From: Andalucia godoyi And28
Taxonomy: Eukaryota; Protista; Jakobida
Reading direction: 5' to 3'
DNA length: 64,000 nucleotides
Assembly (NCBI GenBank): GCA_009859145.1
Contig: VRVR01000008.1
Span: 259,325-323,324, forward strand
The position numbers and the translations under genes were made by a program. The notes under the pieces are model-generated. The model did not search any database and was not told the DNA's origin. It saw only the letters and a program-made list of their open reading frames with translations. Positions 31,760 to 42,000 of this stretch are shown piece by piece (within the stretch, counting starts at the first letter, position 1; every line of letters starts with the position of its first letter).

Positions 31760-32296
31760 TCATGAATCCAAAAGCTGAGATGCAGCCTTTTCGTACTGTT
31801 CGCGCTGCTGGATCTGGTACTGTCTCTGTAACTCATACTGGAGTTCCTTTTCTCTTTGCATCTCCTGGTTGGTCTCTCTCATGATCCACGCACAGTCAAA
31901 GTTTGGGTGTGCATACTCACAAGTCCTTCCCTTTGCGCAAAACCCAGCAAAGTAATTCGGACACGCCTCACGACGCTCATGCTTGTGTCTGCATCGCGAT
32001 CCATGCTTGCAGAACCCGCGATTGTACCATGGACATTCCTTGATTTCAGTTCCCTTGCGAATGTGCAGAAACTCACAATCCGGCCGCAGACACTCTCCAG
32101 TATCCTGGAAAAACTGGCACGGAGCCATCTTGGAGCGATCGTAAACATGCAACCGATGGCACTCTTCACCAAGCTTGCACCGTCCAAACAACCAGTATTT
32201 GCAAACGACCCGCTTCGACATGTCAGGCGGAACGTCCTGCTGTAAGTGCCGTTCGAATTGGAACTTCAGATTTGCATCCGAAAAAAACAGCGCCAT
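31760..32296 (-). CDS. CPSF4: Cleavage and polyadenylation specificity factor 30 kDa subunit (CPSF30/Yth1), four CCCH fingers, 178 aa
   Basis: N-terminal LKFQFE helix, then VVCKYWLFGRC, MAPCQFF, IKECPWYNRGFCKHG and CPNYFAGFC..HP.F. These correspond to human ZF2-ZF5. Confidence 0.93.
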   Translation of the reverse strand: MALFFSDANLKFQFERHLQQDVPPDMSKRVVCKYWLFGRCKLGEECHRLHVYDRSKMAPCQFFQDTGECLRPDCEFLHIRKGTEIKECPWYNRGFCKHGSRCRHKHERREACPNYFAGFCAKGRTCEYAHPNFDCAWIMRETNQEMQREKELQYELQRQYQIQQREQYEKAASQLLDS

Positions 32297-32853
32297 TTTT
32301 CCCTTTCCTTTTTCTCGTCAGAAAACGAAAACAGAGCCAAAACCAAAACCAAAACCAAAAGCAAGCAATTTAAATACAGTAAATTAAAATAAAAAATAAT
32401 ACGGAAGAGAAAAAAGAGAGAGAGAGAGAAACAGAGCCTTGAAATGGGGCAAAAGCTCGAAATTCAGGCTTTGGAGATGCTTGGAGACTTGGGGCTTTTT
32501 GAGGCTTGAGTCTGGGATGCTTTTTGTCTTCTGTTTCTTGCGAGAGGGAATTTTCTTACAGCAGATCGCTTGTTGCTTCCGTGATTAAATCTGAAGAGAA
32601 AAAAGCATGCGCAGCACCAGGAGATCAGGAGCCACGCAAGGGAGAGGCAAAAAGAGGCACAAGAGTGTGGTGCACACTACATAGTATACTCTTCTCTTTT
32701 TATTCTCAAGATAGACGAAAATGCAAGTCAGGAAGAAGACTGGTAAGACTAGCAGACCGGGGCGGGGGACGGGGGCCGATTACAAAGAAGAGCCGCACAT
32801 CGATACTTGGTGGACCAGGTGGTGGTGGAGGAAGGAAGGAAGGAAGAAAGGAA

Positions 32854-33014
<161 letters not shown>

Positions 33015-33025
33015 CACGGAAAGTG

Positions 33026-36000
33026 CTAGGGCGAGTTGAGCTGGTCATCCGAGGCAGACGATGCGGGCAAGATTCGAATGAAGGGAATTCGAGGAATCAC
33101 AGGGCTTTTCCGCGATGGTGGCGCACTCTGCAAGTCGTCGACGGACTGGCTGGCGGAAACATTCGGCGAAAACACGTCTTCCGAACCGCTGGTTGGCGGA
33201 GAGGACGACTCTGCGTCGGCGGCCTGTTCGAGACTGTCCGTTGGTCGGCGAGAACGATTTTCTCGCGACATCTGCGAGGGTTGTTGTTGTGGCTGCGGCG
33301 CGGGTAGCTCGCAGGGCATTTCCAACATGCCCAGAGACTGCCGCTCGGCAGAACCACGACGGCTGGTCGGCGGCTGGACGGAAGGACGCGATGTCCGCTC
33401 GGTGAGTTTCTTGTGATACGACAGCAGTGAGCCCAGGACAAACGAAGAACTAGAAGCATTCCCAACACATATAATGACTGCACTGTCGAAAACAGCTGCA
33501 TGGAGCGCTGGTGAGCACTCAAGACTCAGGATACCGGCAAAAATGTCGAGCGCACTTGCCTGGATTGCCGCCACACGGAATGCAGCAAACGTCTCACATA
33601 GTGCAGAGAACAAACGAAGGAAACGCAAGCTCACTGCAAGATCAGAAGCGTCTGCATCAGACTCGTCGACGGATAACACCGACGACCTGCGATCCGGCGA
33701 CACGGAAAGAAGAATGCGCTCAACAATGGAAGAGTAGCGCGGCTCAAAGCGGGCAAAAGACAAGTGGTCCGGACCGTCTTTGTGGACAAACGACTGCAGG
33801 AGTTCCAGAACAGAAGACATCAGGAGCTCTTTGAAAACGATCTTGCGGATTCTCGATAGTTCCGGAAGCCCGTCAAAATGCATGATCCAGTAGGACGCAA
33901 CGATGCCAGGCTCTAGCAAGAGCACGTCAATCGCGAGAGAAGCGCAGCCGATAGGAATTGGGGGCGTGCACGCGCCTCGAAGAGCGACGTGCGGGCATAC
34001 GGAATACAGAACCAAGATGAGTGCATCTACGAAGAACTGTTCAACAGCATCGAGGGTGGTACGAGACCAAGACTGAACAGTAGCGATGGACTGCTCCAAC
34101 CCGGTCCAACACATCGACGAAAAAAACAACTCGGGGAGAGGCCGCGAGGCAACGTAGGAGGCATCCCAGAGGGAGTCTGCAAGGCCGTCTGGTACTTCAA
34201 CAGGAATCACCGCAGAAACAAAGGCTTGGGAAAGGCGAAGAACGAGAACTGGGAAGTCGTGAGCGATCTTGAAAAACAACGGTATGAAGCATTCGTGGCG
34301 AGACAATACATGGATGATGTCATCAATGTCCGCAACGACGAGCAGTTTTCCAACACAAGCGAATGATTCTGCGTCGAGATCGAGCACCTGGAGAAGATTC
34401 ATCAAATCTGAAAGCCGTGACACCTGGCTCCTTTCGAGTTGGCCAACCGGGGAAGTTGGAAGACCACCGGCCAAATATGCTCCTGCATGTTGTTCAAGAT
34501 ACTTGAGAACCGTCGGCATCATCCAAGGATCAAAAGATTGGCGTGCAATATGCTCGCCGAGAATGGACAGAAGCGATTTTGTATCCGGCGACAGTTGTGC
34601 TTGAACCAGTGCCATCAGAGCGCACATCGTATAAGCAGCACTCGCGTGGTTCGATGCCGCTTGTTGAACTCCTGTCAAAAAGTTTCGAAGAGGATGTCCA
34701 CGGAGGAGCTCACTGTGTCCTGCCCGGACAAACCTCGAAACAAAAGCGACGACAGCGGGGAAGATGGCAAAAGCGGATCCGGAGCAAACGTCGGGATTCA
34801 TTTCTATCCAATCAAGGAACAGCGTCACTGTGGCAGCACACATATGTTCGTAATCCTTGTTTGTGACCAACGACTCGCAAACGTCAATCAAGATGCGAAA
34901 CAGGGCTTCAGCATGAACCAGTTCCTTACCAGAATCCAACACCAATCTGGAGTTATCCAGCAGCCGCCGACATAGCTGTGCGAAACCTGCACTTCGGGTT
35001 GGTCGTCCCTTGGCTACAAGAGAAACGATTCGACTGGTCAATTGAATGTTGCCCACAAGCGCATCGGATGCAGCAGATAAGAGGCTCATCGACAAACTCG
35101 AATCAAAAAGTGTTGAGCTACTACGCATTTGATCCACTGAACAAATAGACACGATAAGTTCCAGCACCGACGTCCAAACTTCAGACAAATGGGAATCCAC
35201 CAACAATCCAGCCAAGGAATCCATTATTTTGATCAGGTCTTCCTCGGCCAACATCACACCCACATGCTGACACCAAACATGCAGCAGCGCGAGTGTTCGC
35301 TTGCGGTCCGACGACGTCGAAGCAAATTTCAGCAGTTCGTCCGTGAAACCCGAAAGCCGATACTTGGAAAGAGATCTTGTGTGCGCCGGTAAACAGAAAA
35401 CGACCACCAGAAATTCCAACATGGAAATGTCGGATGTTCTCGCAAAGGTTTCGAAGACTTCGATCAAATCCTGCTCCCCGGTGGAGGAAGCAATCCGTTG
35501 GAAACAGTCTTTTAGAACGGTGCTGCGGCGGATAATGCGCACTATCAACGCAACAGCTCGTGTTCGTAGCCCAACGGATCTGTCCGGTGCAAAGAAGAAC
35601 GAAATGAGAGACGGAAGCACAGTGCTGCAAAATGTGGAAACTGGGACAGAGGACTCCTCAGAAGTCACAGCGGATCCAAAAACCGGTCCCACAGGGAAGA
35701 CCGCAGCCAAACCGATTCGGACATTATCTAAGCAGATCTGCGTGAACCGCAGGCTTTCATCAATAACGATCGAATCGGCAGAGGACGGCAGCAGAACAGT
35801 TGTGTTCGCCAAGGCTCGTAATATATCCTGTTCTGACACAATAATGGAGCGACGACTGTCTCGAAAAATATGGTCCATCATTGAGAAGATATCTCGTAGT
35901 GAAGACGCGGTAGCACTTGATCGTATCATGGATATCAACTTTGCACCGAGACCACTAGGAACGACGACCTGGTTGATGAAGACTTCCCTTTCAGCGTTTT

Positions 36001-39000
36001 CCAAGCTGGAGAAGCAGGACTGTAGCACAGGAACGAGAGTCGGCACGGATTCGGAGCATACAATAGCTTGGCTGAACTTGCCAGATTGACAGCAGCGGAC
36101 AACGACACTGTGGTCCGACAGCCGGTACGTTAGCAATTGCGAAGCAATCTCAACAGACATCAGCAAAACATCTTGCTTGTTTAGCACCGAAGAGGATGGC
36201 GAGAGAACCACGGACGCCGACCCAGCGCCAGCGCCAGAGCCAGAACAAATGGCTTCCCATAATGCGGTTTCATGATCGGATTTGAGTAGCGGTGCAGGCA
36301 AGACGCACTTCCGCCCGTTCTCGTGCACGAATGCCAGGGACTGACTGACGAGCTCAAGCATATCTATCGCAATGCTCGACGAAAACAACGTCCACATGTC
36401 GACAATCATGCTGCTTAAGAACATTTCGCACAACCGATAGAGGGTATCTCTGGCAAACCCGACGCTGTCCGAGGATCGAACAGCATTCACCACGCATGTT
36501 GAGGTACGAAGAACTAAAGAGCGCTCTGGAGCAGAGAGATTCATCGATGTAGAGCTCAGTAACGTCAAGCAAAACTCGAAAACCCGCGAGACATCGTCAG
36601 ACGACAAACTTGAAAAGGAGACCGAAGCGTTCGAGAATACTTTCTCAGCAACTGAAACCACCGTCATGGAGAACGATTTTGACAGATGGGAGCTGTCGTC
36701 TGCCGAATGCAACAGCGAAATGACCTTTCCAATGCCAAATCTGGCGATCGCCAAAGCAACGTGCTCCGCTGAAGAAGTAAGCACGGAGTCCAGAGACATT
36801 ACCACTTCCAGCTGCTGGCTAAAGGGAAGCGCCTCCAGCACTTCGGACGACAGCAAGAAGGGCAAAACAACATCTGGCGCCAAGCGACACAACACCAAGT
36901 AGAACTGGAGGAATGATGAAAACTGCACAGCAACGGGGATATTGACCGCCACCACCGAAACACGAATATCCTCTTGCGACAACGACAGTCGAACTTCGAC
37001 TTTGATGTCGTCTGATGCAACGCCGCCGGGTTTGCCCTGGTGACTTCGCCAGGCAGATTCCGTAACGTCAATGAACTCTTGAATGTCCAAAGAAGGATCT
37101 TCGGAGAGCGCCAAAAACTTGGTTGACGAACTCAGAAGCCCAAGTGCAAGGTCCAGCTGAGCATAGCCGGGCACCAACAAGTTTGTCATGACCACAGATT
37201 GAATTTCCCGCAACACCGAAGCTTCATCGGATACCATGTCAATCATGAAGTTCCTAGAAAGCAGCGAATCACGAGGGTTTGACGGAGACAAGTCCAGCGA
37301 ATCTCTTCCGCCGCGTTTTGGAGAGCCCTCGCGCGCAGAACTTGTTATGCAGCTGAAAAACCGGTTCAGCGGATCGATTAGTTCCATGACAAATCTCAAA
37401 CAATTTCGGAACAGAAACGCACGGGTTTGGGACATCAGCGATGCTGGGGCAACAGATGTTAGCATCGACACCAGCAATTCACGCCCTTCTGCGGCAGAAA
37501 CGACATCAATCACTGACAATATCTTCCGAACGAGAGCATCATTCAAGTTATATGCAAACTCTTCTTTGTTGAGTTTCGGAAGAAGCAGCTGCAAAATGTT
37601 TAGGATGCATGGACCTATCGTCGCTATCAACATCGATCCCGAGTCTGGCAAGCTTGAAAGGGAGGAAAAAAACCGCGCATCGCCACCGTAAGAGATGAAA
37701 TAGCTAATGAAAAGCGGATCCGCCGACATCATTTTTTGCAACAACAGATAAAGAGTCCCAGGATCTGCGGATACTTCAAAAGCAGTTGCAAAAAGCTCAG
37801 CATCACTTGCGCACAGGCCTGCTTCAAAACCTAGATTCGAACGCAGGGTGAACCATGGTGTTCTGCAAGACGCATGCACACCGCGAATCAACATTTGACA
37901 GAAGTGATCCACTACTTTTCCCAGGTGTGAATCGGAAACCTGCCAAAGTTTTGGAGCTGAACACGCAACATGAAACGCCAGAGAAGTGACGGATTGCAAG
38001 AGTTCTGGGCAACGGATGGTCAGCAGGATCTCTTCTGAAGTAAATGGGATTTGCTGAAGCGAGAGCCTGCACAGCACCAGAGCATCCGCGTCTGCTAAGC
38101 GGCAACGCAAAAGCTCCAAGCAATCGTTCCAGGAAAGTGAGGAGCACAGAGCATGATGGTGCGATCGCAAGTGCGAGACCCGGCACGCAAAAGGCAAGAC
38201 ATCGGACACCATAGAAGTAAATGAAGGGTCTTTGAGCAGGACAGAAAGAAGGCCAAACACTCGACCATGGTCTTTGAACATCAGCTCAGCATCATCAAAA
38301 GACGCAAACAAGCGCATCAGCGATGTCCACAAAACAACGAATTCAAACGAAGATGCGTTTTTTGCCGCGCATACAAATGCTGCATCGTACAGCAAGGAGG
38401 GATTGAACCCGGGGGTCATCGCACGCAGATCAGCTGACGAAAAGAACGGAAGACTGAACAACTTCTCGACGTACCCACAGAGCACCAAGTCCGGCCCACA
38501 AAGCAGCAGGCCGCGGCTTGCATCCCTGAATGTTTGCGCTGAGAACTCCAATAACGGAGCGTAGCGAGTGTGCAAGTGAGACTGTCCGCTCAGCAGCATA
38601 AGACACAGATCCAGCACAATGCACATTACCTGCCTGAAGCACGTGGCTGATATATCCAGCGCAAACTGTCCAGACGAAGTGTCCACTTTCAAAATCTGCA
38701 GCACAAGGTACTTTGTGGCGCCAACGATCGGGTCTACAACACCAGGCCTGATCTCAGATGGTTCAGCCTCGGATCGACTCCAATAAGACCACAGCCAAGA
38801 AAGCGCCCTTGAAAGACTGATTACCGTCTCGCAGCGTGCATCGGACGAAAAATCAGAGTCGGTGCAAAAGTTTGAAACTGCTTTCACAATTCGCGACGCC
38901 AAATCCCGGGCACCCTCGGGACAACCAAAGATTTTGGAAAAGAAGGCTCTGGAGAAAGTGTTCTTTGAGAAATCCGACAGCAAGAGCCGAGAATATGCAG

Positions 39001-42000
39001 GAGAGCCAAGCACCACGGACACCACGGCCATCTCGTCCAGTCTTAGCAATTGCTCCAAAATCTCCTGCGGATGAGACATTCGAATAGACGAAAAATCGTT
39101 GTAAGATCGATCATCCTGAAGGAACGCATGCGCCAGAGAAGACTTTCCGTAAAGACCCACGTCCTCTGATTGGCAAGACGTCCAAAAGGAATGGGGTACA
39201 TTCAGCACCACGGACAGCAGTTCCCCAAGCCACGACTTCGACGACAACCCAGCCATGTCATCGACAATCCTCAAGCAGTACGATATGGATGCCAGAATAA
39301 CGCCGCAAACAGCAGGATCTTGCTGCAATCCTCCTTTTTGCAATATTTGTTGCAGTTTCGACGTCATGACCGGAACAAAAGCAAAGAAATGCGCTTCGGA
39401 AAATCTGCCAAGCAGGCTGACAACAGACGAGACTCGACCGCAGAATGCATCCATAGATAGCAGCTCTGTAAGCGTGGCCAAGACATCTTGGCTGCACAAT
39501 TCGTACCCGTTGGACAAAATATCACGTCCAATAATCTTGATAACCTGCTGCGTCAACTGCAAAAGAATATCCAATCGAAGTCCGAAGACATCTGACATTC
39601 CTTGCGGAAGTGGCAGCACACTCCTGAAAGCTGAGCAAAGGTACCCGTCCAGCTTGCGCAAATCGCTTTCGGTAGTGTCAACCTTGCCGGATTCCAAAAG
39701 CTTGCATGTCCGTAAGAAAACGATCGATACGATCGGACTCTGCAGATCCCACGGTCGTTCCAGAATACCGCGAAGACTGTCCAGTACCTTCGACACATGA
39801 ATAACATCTGCATGAGATTGCGAATGTTCAAAGAAACAGGGGTGCAAGCACATTTCGGAGACCAAAGGAGAAGGATGCGAATCTAAATACTTCACCAAGG
39901 AAGACCACAGGTTGCAAGCAGGCAATGCATTCAGCAATCCCCCTTGCGAAACGTATGCTGCAAGAAAGGAAAGGGCCAATTCCTGCAGTCCACTATCCTG
40001 TCCAGCCAATGCCGTCTCGATGACCGGGCACCACAGATCACGAATTCTGCACCAGGTTTCCCAAAGTTCCGTTCTACGACCATGCATCATCGAGAGGAAC
40101 GTGTTATCAACGATGGAATCGACACCCAGAAATGAGGAAAGGCGTGAAAAAACAACTTCAGAGTCGTCATTTAGAGCAAGTAGGAACAGAAGACCAGAAG
40201 TGTCTTTCGCAGATACGAATACAGGGCTAAGACAGTCCACAACAGAGACAATGTCATCCGATCGCAAAACACCCTTTAAGTGGTTCAGAATCCTTTCTTT
40301 CACAGCAGTGTCCTTTATCAGATGAGAGAAGACAGAAACGGCTGCAGAGCAACGAGTGAACAGGAATGACAGCATGACACTCAAAAACTGACTAGTCATA
40401 TCGTCTTCCGTCAGCAGAAACTGAAGATGCACAGATTGGGTCTGCGATTCCATAACCGCTGATAGCGCTTCCACTACCCGAACAGCAATTCCGCGTCCAT
40501 GCATACTCACCAATCCACGCGAGAGAGCTTCTGCTGCATCATGCAGACTCGGAACACCTGTTGTCGCACAAACACGGATGACGGCAAGCACAATGTCCAA
40601 AGAAGAGTCTGCTGAAGCCTCCTCATCGACAGTTGCGATTCCAGTCATCAACATCTGCCTGTAGAATTCCACATAGGACACGCACAGTTTCAAAACGCGA
40701 TGATGGTCCGGAAACTCCGTCTTCGAATGAACGTTGTACATATACGCCCAGGATAACAGTCGAATCGACGAGCATAATGCCGGCGTCATGCAAGAGCCTC
40801 GATCACCAAGTTCCAACTCGGCCATCAAACAGGACACAGGTCTCACCAGTGACATCACCTTCTCCATGTCGTCGACATTCAACGACAGATCGTCCAGAAC
40901 AGCCGCAGACCAAATTGCATTCCGAATTCGCCTCCGAGAATGCGGATTCTTGGCAGCAGACTCGAGGAACGCAGACGCCAAAGAATAGTAATCCAAGACA
41001 CGATCTTTCCAAAACGCTCGCAAAAGAGTCTTCAACTTTGAAGACGCACGGGGCGTCGCTGGAGCAGCGGACCGCGGAGTAGCAGCCAGCAGCGAACGAG
41101 GGCCCCCAGCAGACGGAGTCTTTGAACCAGAAGAAGAAGAAGAAGAAGAAGAAGTAGGGGTCGACGGAAGATTAGTTGGCTTGTCTGGGCAACAGAACTC
41201 GGTTGAAAACCCAAAGCGACATCCAATTTCCTCGTCGATAAACATACGATCCACACGAATGCCCAGTAGGGGAAAAAAGCGCGAAACGTCCACAGACGTC
41301 AGCGCTGTGACAAAATCCAAAGTCGACCAGTACTTTTGACCCAAAATAGACAGGCATTCCAAAGAGAGAGTCATGACGGACTTGATGTCAACAGAAACCA
41401 GCAACGATTCCAGGGCTCTGGGGGACCAGATCACGACGTCGTTGTTGACAATGGATTGCGAGATTTCAAGGACCATCATCGCGGAGCATAGGAGCACATC
41501 TCGATCTGCATCCAAAGCGCAGCGGTGGGACATGGCGCACAGTTGCAACGCGCTTGCCAAGCTGGCCCAGTTGCCCTTCAAGAGCACAGCAGACGACGAC
41601 GACGACGATAGGGAAGCTCTCCATGTACTTGGCGTTAAGACGCTTCGCGAAAAGTACGCTGCCAACAACCGCGCAATGCTGTTATCCGGATTGATGCGGG
41701 CGCGAGACAGCAAATTCAGAAGAGAGTCCGTGTCCCCTCCAATGTGCATGCTGACATCATCTGAAAAGTCAAGCAACATGCTCAGCAAACCAGCTGCAGC
41801 ATCAGAAGTTGATTGCTTCGAGCTTGCCATGCGCTTCAGAATAGATTCCAAGACGTTGCTGGAGCACCACGACTTCTTAACCACTGATTCCAAACCAAGT
41901 TTCTTGAAAAACGGCTGCAGCGACAGGAAGACACAAACAGAAGACACAAACAACAGGTCATCAGAAGACAAGAATGTGCTGAGAAACGTGCACAGACTCT

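Noticed and set aside
32590-32605. TTTCTCTTCAGAT (minus strand) matching the human U5 5' region
   Set aside because: The invariant U5 loop 1 (GCCUUUUAC) and the Sm site are absent.
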